From contig JAYRYC010000001.1 in the NCBI GenBank assembly GCA_041917215.1, forward strand, positions 905,605-969,604: DNA of 64,000 bases. The letters are read 5' to 3'. This stretch comes from Tagaea sp. (lineage in GTDB: Bacteria > Pseudomonadota > Alphaproteobacteria > CACIAM-22H2). A program made the position numbers and the translations under genes. The notes beneath the pieces are model-generated. The model worked only from the letters and a program-made list of their open reading frames with translations. It ran no database searches and was not told the DNA's origin. Within the stretch, counting starts at the first letter, position 1. Every line of letters begins with the position of its first letter. Shown here one piece after another: positions 50,311 through 60,118 of the stretch.

Positions 50311-51129
50311 TTGGCCGCCGTTTTCGTGTTGCGCTCGACAGCTGTGGACTTCGCCGCCCGCATCGCCGGATTGATGGCGTTGGGCGTCCGCGCCGGGCGC
50401 GCGGCGCTCGACGCGGTCGTGCCGCCGGTCTGTGTCGCTTGTCGCGAACCCGTTTCCGAATCGCATACATTGTGCGGCGCGTGCTGGGCGAAGCTCGGCT
50501 GGATCGATCGGCCGTTTTGCGCGCGCTGCGGCTTGCCGTTCGACTACGCTGCGTTGACGCCCGGTCCGGTCGAATGCGCGCCGTGCCTCGCGCGCCCGCC
50601 CGCCTTCGCCAAGGCACGCGCGGCGTTGCGCTACGAACCGGCCAGCCGCGAATTGGTGCTCGCCTTCAAACACGCCGATCGTACGCAAAACGCGCCGGCC
50701 TTCGCCGCGTGGATGGCGCGCGCGGGCGCGGAGCTGCTCGACGGTGCGGATCTGATCGTGCCGGTCCCGCTGCATTGGACGCGGCTGATCGCGCGGCGTT
50801 TCAATCAAGCGGCGCTGCTGGCGCGGGGTCTGTCGAAACGCACGCGCATTCCTTTCGAGCCCCGGTTACTGATCCGTACCCGGCGCACGCGAACGCAAGG
50901 TGATCTGACGCGGTCCCAGCGCATGCGCAATGTGCGGGGCGCCTTTGCGGTGCGCGCAAACGGGCGCTTGAAATTGAAAGGCCGGACCGTCGTTCTGGTG
51001 GACGACGTGATGACCACCGGCGCCACTTTGGAAGCCTGCGCCAAGGCCTTGCGCCGGGCCGGCGCCAAGGAAGTGCGCGTATTGGCGCTCGCGCGTGTCG
51101 TCCGGCCGGGCGAGGGCACGGCGGTATAA
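50311..51129 (+). CDS. comF: ComF family protein (double zinc ribbon plus phosphoribosyltransferase domain)
   Basis: CVACREP...CGACW...CARCGLPF...CAPC zinc ribbons and a PRTase motif (VVLVDDVMTTGATL). Confidence 0.85.
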   Translation: MAAVFVLRSTAVDFAARIAGLMALGVRAGRAALDAVVPPVCVACREPVSESHTLCGACWAKLGWIDRPFCARCGLPFDYAALTPGPVECAPCLARPPAFAKARAALRYEPASRELVLAFKHADRTQNAPAFAAWMARAGAELLDGADLIVPVPLHWTRLIARRFNQAALLARGLSKRTRIPFEPRLLIRTRRTRTQGDLTRSQRMRNVRGAFAVRANGRLKLKGRTVVLVDDVMTTGATLEACAKALRRAGAKEVRVLALARVVRPGEGTAV

Positions 51130-51200
51130 ATTCCCGGCACATACTGGTGTGCGCTGCGGTGATTTGCTAGTTTGGAAGCGTTCCAACAACGGAAACGACC

Positions 51201-51461
51201 ATGGCGACCAAGATCGAAATCTACTCCAGCCCCTTCTGCGGATATTGCGCGCGCGCCAAAAGCCTGCTGCGCCGCAAGGGCGTCGAGTTCGTCGAATACG
51301 ACGTGATGGAGCGCCCCGATCTGCGCGAGGAAATGGTGAAGCGCGCCGGCGGACGCTCGACCGTGCCGCAGATTTTCGCCGACGGCCAGCATCTGGGCGG
51401 CAGCGACGACATCCATGCGCTCGACGCGCAAGGCAAGCTCGACCCGATCCTCGCGGTCTAA
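51201..51461 (+). CDS. grxC: glutaredoxin 3
   Basis: IEIYSSPFCGYCARAK (CGYC active site), TVPQIF, GG.DD. 86 aa. Confidence 0.93.
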   Translation: MATKIEIYSSPFCGYCARAKSLLRRKGVEFVEYDVMERPDLREEMVKRAGGRSTVPQIFADGQHLGGSDDIHALDAQGKLDPILAV

Positions 51462-51988
51462 CGTTCCAACACGAATTCCAGCGTTTCGCGCGGCTTGTCG
51501 CGCGCGGGCTGGCTGCGGAGAAGTTTGCCGTTGGGCCGCATGCCGAGTTTGCGCGCGACCGCCAGCGAGGGCGCGTTGTCGGGCAACGCGCCGGCCGTCA
51601 GGCGCGTCATCTCCATCGACCAGCAGAATTCGACCAGCCGCGCCGCCGCTTCGAAGGCGTAGCCGTTGCCTTGATGCGGGATCGCGATCCACCAGCCCAG
51701 ATCGCCTTCCTTGCCGGGCCCGTCGAGCGCCACACCGATGCCGCCGATAGCTCCCGGTCCGTCGCGCCGCTCGATTACGAAAGTGAGTGCACGCGCCGCT
51801 TCGATCGAAGCGCGCACATCCGCGATCCAGGACCGCGCATTCTCGATGCCGTAGGGATGCGGGATATTCGCGGTCCAACGCGCGATTTCCCATTCCGCGA
51901 GCCACGCGGCCAGGGCTTCCGCATCGCTATCGTTGGGCACGCGCAAAATCAGGCGCGGCGTTTCCAGGCGCAGATCGAGCGGATTCAC
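51458..51988 (-). CDS. GNAT family N-acetyltransferase (RimJ/RimL-like)
   Basis: LETPRLILR N-terminal motif typical of RimL-like GNATs, and an acetyl-CoA-binding region (HQGNGYAFEAA). Confidence 0.75.
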   Translation of the reverse strand: MNPLDLRLETPRLILRVPNDSDAEALAAWLAEWEIARWTANIPHPYGIENARSWIADVRASIEAARALTFVIERRDGPGAIGGIGVALDGPGKEGDLGWWIAIPHQGNGYAFEAAARLVEFCWSMEMTRLTAGALPDNAPSLAVARKLGMRPNGKLLRSQPARDKPRETLEFVLER

Positions 51989-51989
51989 G

Positions 51990-52559
51990 TCACGGCTGGA
52001 CGCGGACGTGATTGACCACGGCGCGCACGTCTTCCGTGCCGCGCGCCAAATTCAGCGCGGTATTGAGCTCGGTCTGACTCAAGGCGCGGCCGAACAGATA
52101 GACCGTGCCGTTCACCGCGCGCACGCGGAAATTCCCGCTGGTGATGCCTTTTTCGGCCAAGAGCTTCACGCCCATCTTCTGCTCGATGGCGAGGTCCTTG
52201 GCGGTGGCACCGATCCCGCCTTGGTCGGTCACCTGAAGTTCGTTGATGACTTGGCTGACACCCTGGATGCCGCGCGCCAATTCCTCGGCGCGGGTTTTCA
52301 TCCGCGCTTCTTTGACCGAGCCCGTCAGCATCATCCGCCCGACATAGACGTCGGTCGATACGTCGCGGAACAAGGCACCCGACTCGCCCGCGACCGCGCG
52401 GTTGAAGGCCAGTAGGATGCGGTTGTCCTCGGTGATCTGCGACGTGGTGCGCGATTCGGTGGCCAACCGCGCGACGGTCGACACGCCCGGCGGGGCGCCG
52501 CAGGCGGTAAGGCCCGTCAGGGCGGCGAAGGCGATCACGACGGCGGCGACACGGCGCAT
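51990..52559 (-). CDS. BON-domain lipoprotein (OsmY-like)
   Basis: Lipobox LTGLTACG and two BON-like segments (..VYVGRMMLTGSV.. and ..VNGTVYLFGRAL..). Start set at the internal Met (MRRVAAVV). Confidence 0.7.
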   Translation of the reverse strand: MRRVAAVVIAFAALTGLTACGAPPGVSTVARLATESRTTSQITEDNRILLAFNRAVAGESGALFRDVSTDVYVGRMMLTGSVKEARMKTRAEELARGIQGVSQVINELQVTDQGGIGATAKDLAIEQKMGVKLLAEKGITSGNFRVRAVNGTVYLFGRALSQTELNTALNLARGTEDVRAVVNHVRVQP

Positions 52560-52581
52560 GGGGGATCTCCCGGTTCGGTGC

Positions 52582-54381
52582 CTAACCGTACAACGCTTCC
52601 AACCGATCGCCATAGACCCCGCGCACGATATGACGGCGAACTTTCAATGTCGGCGTCATTTGCTCGTTTTCGATCGTGAAAGGCTGGGTGGCGATCAGGA
52701 AGCGGCGGACGCGTTCGGGCTGCGGCAGCTTGGCGTTGGCGCGTTCCAACGCCGCCTCGATGACCGCGATCAAATCGCGGTCGCCCGCCAAGGCGCCAAG
52801 ATCGGCGGCCACGCCCTTCGTTTTCGCGATGGATTCGATCGTTTCGGGCTTGGGTACGATCACCGCGACCAGATAAGGCCGCTTGTCGCCATGGACCATC
52901 GCCTGGGCGATTTCCGGCTCCATAATCAACGTGCCTTCGATCTTCGACGGCGACAGCATGTCGCCGCCCGAATTCTTGATGAAATCTTTTTTACGGTCCG
53001 TGATCTTGATCCGGCCCGCTTCGTCGATCAGGCCCACATCGCCCGTGTGCAGCCAGCCATCGACGATCGTCTTTTCGGTCCATTCGGGCTCGTTCCAATA
53101 GCCCTTCATCACCAATTCGCCGCGCACCAGGATTTCGCCGTCATTGGCGATGCGCACGGTCACGCCCTTCATCGGCGGGCCGACCGTATCCATGCGCTCC
53201 TCGCCCGGCCGGTTGGCGGCGATGACCGGCGCGGATTCGGTCTGGCCGTAGCCTTGCAGCACGCGCACGCCCAACGCGTGGAAGAAAATTCCGATCTCCG
53301 GATTGAGCGCCGCACCGCCCGACACGAAGGCCTTCAAGCGCCCGCCGAACCGGCCGCGCACCTTGTCGCGCACGAGTTTTTCGAGCACGCGGTCGGCGAG
53401 CCATTCGAGCGGGTTCAAGCGTTCGCCGTTGTAGCGCTTGGTGCCGAGCTCGATCGTCTTGGCGAACAGGAATTGCTTGAGCGGCTTCTCGCGCTTCAGC
53501 CCTTGGGTGATGCGCGCGTGCAGGGATTCGTAAAGCCGGGGCACGGCGGTCATGATCGTCGGCCGCACCTCGACCATGTTGGAGCCGAGCTTGTCGATCC
53601 CTTCGGCGAAATAGATCGTGGCGCCGATGCCGATCATGAAGCCCATGCACACCGTGTGCTCGTAGGAATGCGACAGCGGCAGGAACGAAAGATACGTTTC
53701 CTCGGCCGGTGCAAGCGCGGTGAAGATCTCCCACGCCCCGTCGCAATTGCGCAGGATGGCGCCGTGATGGAGCATCACGCCCTTGGGCTTGCCGCCCGTG
53801 CCCGAGGTGTGGATCACGCAGGCCACATCATCGCGCATCAAGCCCGCATTCGCGGTGTCGGTGGGATCGGGCGCATCCTTGCCCAGCGTCAACGCGTCGT
53901 CCCACGACAGGATCTCGAGACCCATATCCTGCGCGTAGCCGGGCTTCTCGATCGCGATGGCGAAGCGGCAGCCCGGCGATTGGCGCGCGGCGGCGACGGC
54001 TTTCTCGGCCAGCGCTTTGGTCGACACGATCACGCCCTTGGCGTGGACGTTCGACAGGATGAACAAATGATCCTCGACCGTGTTGGTCGTATAGGTTGGC
54101 ACGCTGATCGCGCCCGCCGCCATGATGGCGAGATCGGCGATCACCCATTCGGGCCGGTTCTCGGCGATCAAGCCCACGCGGTCGCCGCGCCCGACGCCCA
54201 GCTTCACCAGGGCGGCGGCCAAAGCGCGGACCTGCCCTTCGGCTTGTGCCCAGCTCAGCGCTTTCCAGTCGCCGTCCTTCTTGGCCAGCAGAAACGGCCG
54301 ATCCGCGCGCTTCTTTGCCTGGTCCAAAAAGGCCCTGAGCAGGCTGGGGCATTTATCGAAATCGGTGGGGGGCACGATCAT
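52582..54381 (-). CDS. long-chain fatty acid--CoA ligase (AMP-dependent synthetase family)
   Basis: AMP-binding motif IHTSGTGGKPKGVMLHHG, TGD and GWLHTGD motifs. 599 aa. Confidence 0.88.
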   Translation of the reverse strand: MIVPPTDFDKCPSLLRAFLDQAKKRADRPFLLAKKDGDWKALSWAQAEGQVRALAAALVKLGVGRGDRVGLIAENRPEWVIADLAIMAAGAISVPTYTTNTVEDHLFILSNVHAKGVIVSTKALAEKAVAAARQSPGCRFAIAIEKPGYAQDMGLEILSWDDALTLGKDAPDPTDTANAGLMRDDVACVIHTSGTGGKPKGVMLHHGAILRNCDGAWEIFTALAPAEETYLSFLPLSHSYEHTVCMGFMIGIGATIYFAEGIDKLGSNMVEVRPTIMTAVPRLYESLHARITQGLKREKPLKQFLFAKTIELGTKRYNGERLNPLEWLADRVLEKLVRDKVRGRFGGRLKAFVSGGAALNPEIGIFFHALGVRVLQGYGQTESAPVIAANRPGEERMDTVGPPMKGVTVRIANDGEILVRGELVMKGYWNEPEWTEKTIVDGWLHTGDVGLIDEAGRIKITDRKKDFIKNSGGDMLSPSKIEGTLIMEPEIAQAMVHGDKRPYLVAVIVPKPETIESIAKTKGVAADLGALAGDRDLIAVIEAALERANAKLPQPERVRRFLIATQPFTIENEQMTPTLKVRRHIVRGVYGDRLEALYG

Positions 54382-54476
54382 TCGGGGGGGTCCTCGCCGG
54401 CCGGGTCTTTTCTGGGCGATGCGACCGGCTTATATCCATGAAATAGCTTATCGGCCCGATTTCAGGAACCCTATCC

Positions 54477-56255
54477 ATGACCGCTTCCGCCGCCGCCAAA
54501 ACCGCACTGCCCGAATGGGATTTGCGCGACCTGTTCCCGGGCCGGGATTCGCCCGAACTGGCCGCGGCCTTCGCGAAGGCGGAGAAGGATGCCGAGGCGT
54601 TTCAGGGGCGCTACGAAGGAAAATTGGCGGGCTTGACCGGGGCCGCCTTGGGCAAGGCGATCGCCGAATACGAGGCGCTGGAGGAATCCCTATCGCGGAT
54701 CACGTCCTTCGCCGACCTCACCTATGCCGGCAACCAAGCGGATTCGACGATCGCGAAATTCTATCAGACGGTTCAGGAGCGGGTGAACGGCATCTCCAGC
54801 CGCACGCTGTTCTTCACGCTGGAACTCAACCGGCTCGACGAAGCCGATATCGCCGCCAAGCTGAAGGCGCCGGAATTGGCGCGCTACGCGCCGTGGCTGC
54901 GCGATTTGCGCGCCTTCCGCCCGCACCAGCTGGGCGACGAGATGGAAAAGCTGCTGCACGAAAAATACGTCGCGGGGCGCGCGGCGTGGACGCGGCTGTT
55001 CGACGAAACGATGGCCGGCTTGCGCTTCGACGTGAACGGCAAAACGCTGACCTCGGCCGAAGCGTTCCATCTTCTGTCCGATCGCGACGGCAAGGTGCGC
55101 AAGGAAGCCGCGAAGGCGGTGGGCAAGACGCTGGGCGACAACGGCCGCCTGTTCGCCCTCATCACCAACACGCTGGCGAAAGATAAGGAGATCGAGGACA
55201 AGTGGCGCCGTTACGCGGCCCCGATCTCCTCGCGCAATCTCGCCAACCGCGTGGAAGATGAAGTCGTCGACGCGCTGGTTGGCGCCGTGCGCCAATCCTA
55301 TCCCAAGCTGTCGCATCGCTATTACGCGCTGAAGGCGAAATGGTTCGGCGTCGACAAGCTGGATTATTGGGATCGCAACGCGCCGCTGCCCAGTGCGGAC
55401 GAGCGCGATTTCGATTGGAACGCCGCGCGCGACACGGTGCTGACCGCCTATGCCGCGTTCAGCCCCGACATGGCGAAGGTCGGCAAACGTTTCTTCGACA
55501 ACGCGTGGATCGACGCCGGCGTGCGGCCGGGCAAGGCGCCGGGCGCCTTCGCGCATCCGACCGTGCCGTCGGCGCATCCTTATTTGCTGGTCAATTTCCA
55601 GGGCAAGACGCGCGACGTGATGACGCTCGCGCACGAGCTGGGTCACGGCGTACATCAGGTGCTCGCGGGCGGGCAGGGGCATTTGCTGGCCGACACACCG
55701 TTGACGCTGGCGGAAACCGCGTCGGTGTTCGGCGAGATGCTGACCTTCCGCAAATTGCTCGACGACGCCAAGGACCCCAAGCGGCGCAAATCGATGCTCG
55801 CGGGCAAGGTCGAAGACATGCTCAACACCGTCGTGCGCCAAGTCGCGTTCTGCGAGTTCGAGCGGCGCTTGCATGCCGAACGCCGCCAGGGCGAGCTGGA
55901 GCCGCAGCGCATCGGCGAAATCTGGATGGAAGTGCAGGTCGAAAGCCTCGGGCCCGCGTTCCGCTACGATCCCGAATATGCGTGGTACTGGACCTATATC
56001 CCGCATTTCGTGCACACGCCGTTCTACGTCTACGCCTATGCGTTCGGCGATTGCCTGGTGAATTCGCTCTATGCGCTTTACGCCAAGGCGCCGGCCGGCT
56101 TCGCCGAGAAATATCTCGACATGCTGCGCGCGGGCGGCACCAAGCGGCATAAGGAATTGCTCGCCCCGTTCGGGTTGAACGCCGCCGATCCGGCGTTCTG
56201 GCGCCAGGGTCTATCGCTCGTCGAAGGCTTCATCGACGAGCTGGAAACGCTCTAA
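54477..56255 (+). CDS. pepF: M3-family oligoendopeptidase (PepF-like)
   Basis: HELGHGVH zinc-binding motif plus a downstream E. ~592 aa. Confidence 0.85.
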   Translation: MTASAAAKTALPEWDLRDLFPGRDSPELAAAFAKAEKDAEAFQGRYEGKLAGLTGAALGKAIAEYEALEESLSRITSFADLTYAGNQADSTIAKFYQTVQERVNGISSRTLFFTLELNRLDEADIAAKLKAPELARYAPWLRDLRAFRPHQLGDEMEKLLHEKYVAGRAAWTRLFDETMAGLRFDVNGKTLTSAEAFHLLSDRDGKVRKEAAKAVGKTLGDNGRLFALITNTLAKDKEIEDKWRRYAAPISSRNLANRVEDEVVDALVGAVRQSYPKLSHRYYALKAKWFGVDKLDYWDRNAPLPSADERDFDWNAARDTVLTAYAAFSPDMAKVGKRFFDNAWIDAGVRPGKAPGAFAHPTVPSAHPYLLVNFQGKTRDVMTLAHELGHGVHQVLAGGQGHLLADTPLTLAETASVFGEMLTFRKLLDDAKDPKRRKSMLAGKVEDMLNTVVRQVAFCEFERRLHAERRQGELEPQRIGEIWMEVQVESLGPAFRYDPEYAWYWTYIPHFVHTPFYVYAYAFGDCLVNSLYALYAKAPAGFAEKYLDMLRAGGTKRHKELLAPFGLNAADPAFWRQGLSLVEGFIDELETL

Positions 56256-56262
56256 GCGCGGC

Positions 56263-57606
56263 ATGGCGGAGCAAAACTCCCTCGGCGGGCGCCTTGCGCG
56301 CTACGCGCGCGTCGGCACGGCGATGGGCGGGCTCGCGGTCCGCTTGGGGGCGGAGCGCGTGCTGGGCGTGGAGATGGACCGCGCCAAGCACGCGTCCGAA
56401 TTGCGCGCGGCCTTGGGCGGCTTGAAAGGCCCGCTGATGAAGGTGGCGCAGTTGATCGCCACCGTGCCCGACGCCTTGCCCGACGAATACGTGCAGGAGC
56501 TGTTGCAGCTTCAATCCGACGCGCCGGCGATGGGCTGGCCCTTCGTCAAGCGCCGCATGGCGGCGGAGCTGGGTGCCGATTGGCAAGCGAAGTTCCGCGA
56601 CTTCCCGCGCGAGGCGACGGCCGCCGCGTCGCTGGGCCAAGTCCATCGCGCGACCTTGCCCGACGGCCGCATCGTCGCCTGCAAGCTGCAATATCCGGAT
56701 ATGGCGTCGGCGGTCGAAGCGGATTTGAAACAGCTCAAACTCGCCTTCGGCGTCTACGAGCGTTACGACCGCGCGATCCGCACCGAACAGATCTTCGCCG
56801 AGATTTCGGCGCGGCTGCGCGAGGAACTCGATTACGGCCGCGAGGCGGCGCATATGCGCCTCTATGCGCATATCTTGCGGGACGAAGATCTCGTCCATGT
56901 GCCCGAACCGGTGGCGGAACTCTCGACCGGGCGGTTGCTGACCATGACCTGGCTCGACGGCGCCAAGCTGTTGACGGTCACGGAACGCGACGCCGATTTC
57001 CGCAACAAGGTTGCGCGCGCGATGTTCCGCGCCTGGTACGTGCCGTTCTACGAAAGCGGCGTGATCCACGGCGATCCGCATCTGGGCAACTACGCCGTGC
57101 GCGACGACGGCACGGTCAATCTGCTCGATTTCGGCTGCATCCGGATCTTCCCGGCGAAATTCGTCGGCGCGGTCATCGATCTCTACCGCGCGATCCGCGA
57201 CGGCGACGAGGCGCTCGCCGTGTCCGCCTATGAAAGCTGGGGCTTCACGAATCTCAACAAGGAGATGATCGAGTGCCTCAGCAATTGGGCGCGCTTCGTC
57301 TATGCGCCCATTCTGGAAGATCGCGCCAAGCAGGTCGCCGAGACCAACGCCGCCGTCTATGGCCGCGAAGTGGCGGAGAAAGTGCACAAACGCCTGCGCG
57401 AATTGGGCGGCGTGGCCCCGCCGCGCGAATTCGTGCTGATGGATCGCGCGGCCATCGGCCTTGGCTCGGTCTTCATGCATTTGAAGGCCGAGATCAATTG
57501 GTACCGGGAGTTCCATGGCCTGATCGACGGCTTCTCGGTCGACCGCCTCGCCAAGCGCCAAGCGGCGGCGCTCAAACACGCAAAGGTCCCCAAAGCGGTG
57601 GCTTGA
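56263..57606 (+). CDS. ABC1/UbiB-family atypical protein kinase
   Basis: LGQVHRATLPDGRIVACKLQYP and DPHLGN motifs of AarF/ABC1 kinases. Confidence 0.85.
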   Translation: MAEQNSLGGRLARYARVGTAMGGLAVRLGAERVLGVEMDRAKHASELRAALGGLKGPLMKVAQLIATVPDALPDEYVQELLQLQSDAPAMGWPFVKRRMAAELGADWQAKFRDFPREATAAASLGQVHRATLPDGRIVACKLQYPDMASAVEADLKQLKLAFGVYERYDRAIRTEQIFAEISARLREELDYGREAAHMRLYAHILRDEDLVHVPEPVAELSTGRLLTMTWLDGAKLLTVTERDADFRNKVARAMFRAWYVPFYESGVIHGDPHLGNYAVRDDGTVNLLDFGCIRIFPAKFVGAVIDLYRAIRDGDEALAVSAYESWGFTNLNKEMIECLSNWARFVYAPILEDRAKQVAETNAAVYGREVAEKVHKRLRELGGVAPPREFVLMDRAAIGLGSVFMHLKAEINWYREFHGLIDGFSVDRLAKRQAAALKHAKVPKAVA

Positions 57607-57705
57607 GCGTTCCCATCGGTTCTTGTATAGTTCCCTCGAAGTTCCCAATGATATCTGTGGGTAGTTCGAGGGCTCGTATGGAGCGATGCGTCGAACCGCA
57701 ATATC

Positions 57706-58125
57706 TTGTTCGCCATGGATCGTCTGACGCCGGAACGGCGCAGTTGGCTGATGGGCAGAGTGCGCGGCGCGGATACCGGGCCGGAGCGGATCGTACGTGC
57801 GCTCGTGCGCAAACTCGGTCTGAGACCGAAGTTCAACGCGGCCGATTTGCCCGGACGCCCCGATCTGGTCTTCCCGAGACGCAAGAAGGCGATCTTCGTG
57901 CATGGATGTTTCTGGCATCGGCACGCGGCGAAGACATGTGGTCGCGCGCGATTGCCGAAGTCGCGCTTGGGGTTTTGGCGGGCGAAGTTGGAGGCGAATC
58001 GACGTCGCGATCGGCGCAACAGATCGCAATTGAAGACGTTCGGCTGGTCGTCGATCGTCGTTTGGGAATGCCAGTTGAGCGATCCGGCGCGCGTGGTCGC
58101 GCGCGTCTCCAAGTTTCTCGGATGA
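57706..58125 (+). CDS. vsr: very-short-patch-repair endonuclease
   Basis: RRSWLMGRVRGADTGPE...VFPRRKKAIFVHGCFWHRH..FW..K matches Vsr motifs. Lies upstream of a C5-MTase. Confidence 0.85.
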   Translation: MFAMDRLTPERRSWLMGRVRGADTGPERIVRALVRKLGLRPKFNAADLPGRPDLVFPRRKKAIFVHGCFWHRHAAKTCGRARLPKSRLGFWRAKLEANRRRDRRNRSQLKTFGWSSIVVWECQLSDPARVVARVSKFLG

Positions 58126-58129
58126 TCGG

Positions 58130-59299
58130 ATGAAGGCGATCGAACTATTCGCGGGAGCGGGCGGGTTGGGGCTCGGCGTCAGCGGCGCCGGGTTCAAACC
58201 GGTGCTCGTGATCGAGCGCGACCGCTGGTGCTGCGATACGATTCGCGAGAACCGCCGCAACGGCGTCGCGGCGATGCGGAGTTGGCCGGCGCCGACGGAG
58301 CGCGACGTCCGGAAATTCGACTTCTCGCCTTACGAAGGTTCGATCGATTTGGTAACGGGCGGGCCGCCTTGCCAACCGTTCTCGCTCGGCGGCAAGCATC
58401 GCGCGCACAAGGACGAACGCGATATGTGGCCGGAGGCCGTCCGCGCCGTCCGCGAGTCGAAGCCGAAGGCTTTCGTGTTCGAGAACGTGAAGGGGCTGAC
58501 CCGTCGGGCCTTCGCGACTTATTTGGAGTACGTGAAACTTCAACTGCGTTTTCCCGAAATCGAGAAGCGTCTGGTCGAAACGACGGATGGTCATTTCCGG
58601 CGACTGTCGCAACATGCGTCGGCGCGCAAACGCGGCGCGTTGGAATACGATCTGCATTTCAAAATCCTGAATGCCGCCGACTACGGCGTGCCGCAGAAGC
58701 GCGAACGGGTCGTATTCGTCGGGATACGTCGCGATCTCGGGCTCGATTGGACGTACCCGGCGCCGTCGCATAGCCGTGAAGCATTGCTGGTCGAACAATC
58801 GACCGACGCATACTGGGACCGTCACGAAGTCGCGCGGAAGGATCGCCCCGAGAAGACCATTATCGTCGGGCTCGCGGCCTTCGACGGCGGGCTGAAGCCG
58901 TGGACGACCGTTCGGGATGCGCTCGCCGATCTTCCCGACCCCGAGACCCATCCGGCCAAGGCGGCCAAGTTCGCGAATCATGTCTTTCAAGCGGGTGCGC
59001 GGAGCTATCCGGGGCACACCGGCAGCCCGCTCGACGAACCCGCGAAGACGCTTAAAGCCGGCGTTCACGGCGTCCCCGGCGGCGAGAACATGCTGTTGCG
59101 CCCGGACGGGACGGTCCGCTATTTCACCGTCCGCGAAAGCGCGCGGTTGCAAACGTTCCCGGACGAGTTCGTTTTTCACGGTTCGTGGACGGAGACGATG
59201 CGTCAACTCGGTAACGCGGTTCCCGTTCGTTTGGCGCGCGTGGTGATGGACGGCGTGGCGAAACGTTTGCGCGTTTCGTCGGCGATGGCGGCCGAATGA
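58130..59299 (+). CDS. DNA (cytosine-5)-methyltransferase
   Basis: Motif I FAGAGG, motif IV GGPPCQPFS, motif VI ENV, motif VIII QKRERV. 389 aa. Confidence 0.92.
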   Translation: MKAIELFAGAGGLGLGVSGAGFKPVLVIERDRWCCDTIRENRRNGVAAMRSWPAPTERDVRKFDFSPYEGSIDLVTGGPPCQPFSLGGKHRAHKDERDMWPEAVRAVRESKPKAFVFENVKGLTRRAFATYLEYVKLQLRFPEIEKRLVETTDGHFRRLSQHASARKRGALEYDLHFKILNAADYGVPQKRERVVFVGIRRDLGLDWTYPAPSHSREALLVEQSTDAYWDRHEVARKDRPEKTIIVGLAAFDGGLKPWTTVRDALADLPDPETHPAKAAKFANHVFQAGARSYPGHTGSPLDEPAKTLKAGVHGVPGGENMLLRPDGTVRYFTVRESARLQTFPDEFVFHGSWTETMRQLGNAVPVRLARVVMDGVAKRLRVSSAMAAE

Positions 59300-60054
59300 T
59301 CCCCGGATACGTGGAATTCGAGTTCGACCTTCCCAAGGCGTTGCTTGAGCGTCTTGCCGCGACGTTGGACGGTACCGCGCCCGCGCCTTTGACCGTGGAT
59401 GCCGCGACCCAAATCGGCGAAGTCCAAGGCGTGTACGAGCTGTTCCATAAAGGAAAGCTTGTTTACGTTGGCAAGACCGACGCCAAAGCGGGATTGCGGC
59501 AAAGACTGTCGCGGCACGCGGAGAAGATCCGGCATCGGATCGGCCTCGACCCCGATGACGTTTCGTTTAAAGCGGTCCGGATTTTCGTCTTCACGGCGAT
59601 GGACCTGGAAGCCGATTTGATCGTCCATCATGCGAAGGACGGAAAGCTCGCTTGGAACAACAGCGGCTTCGGGGCGAACGATCCCGGCCGCAATCGCGAC
59701 CAGTCGATCGTCAAGCCGGACCATTTCGACGCCCGTTTTCCGATCGATACGGACCGGTCGATCGCGAAACTGTCTTTCGGTCGAGGATCGACCGCCGCCG
59801 CCGCGCTCGACGCGCTCAGATCGCGTGTTCCGTACATCGTCAGATACGAAAGGGACGGTGCCGCGCCGCACCCGGCGCTGTCGGCGGCCACTTTCGCGCG
59901 ACCGATCAAGCCGCGAAACGCCCGCGAAGCGCTTACGGCGATCGTCGAAACGCTTCCTGCCGGGTGGACCGCGACGGTTTTGAAGGGGTACATCATCGTT
60001 TATCGTGAGCGCGCGATGTATCCTTCTTCGCAGTATCAACTTAAGTCCGCTTGA
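59296..60054 (+). CDS. type II restriction endonuclease, GIY-YIG family (Eco29kI/Cfr42I-like candidate)
   Basis: GIY-YIG-like core GVYELFHKGKLVYVGKT...LRQRLSRH...N. ATGA overlap with the MTase gene. Completes a vsr-M-R cassette. Confidence 0.6.
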   Translation: MIPGYVEFEFDLPKALLERLAATLDGTAPAPLTVDAATQIGEVQGVYELFHKGKLVYVGKTDAKAGLRQRLSRHAEKIRHRIGLDPDDVSFKAVRIFVFTAMDLEADLIVHHAKDGKLAWNNSGFGANDPGRNRDQSIVKPDHFDARFPIDTDRSIAKLSFGRGSTAAAALDALRSRVPYIVRYERDGAAPHPALSAATFARPIKPRNAREALTAIVETLPAGWTATVLKGYIIVYRERAMYPSSQYQLKSA

Positions 60055-60118
60055 CGCCGCCGCACGCGGCGGGCTTCACTCCGGCCAATTCCAAATTCCG
60101 TTCGGAGGACGCTTTCCC

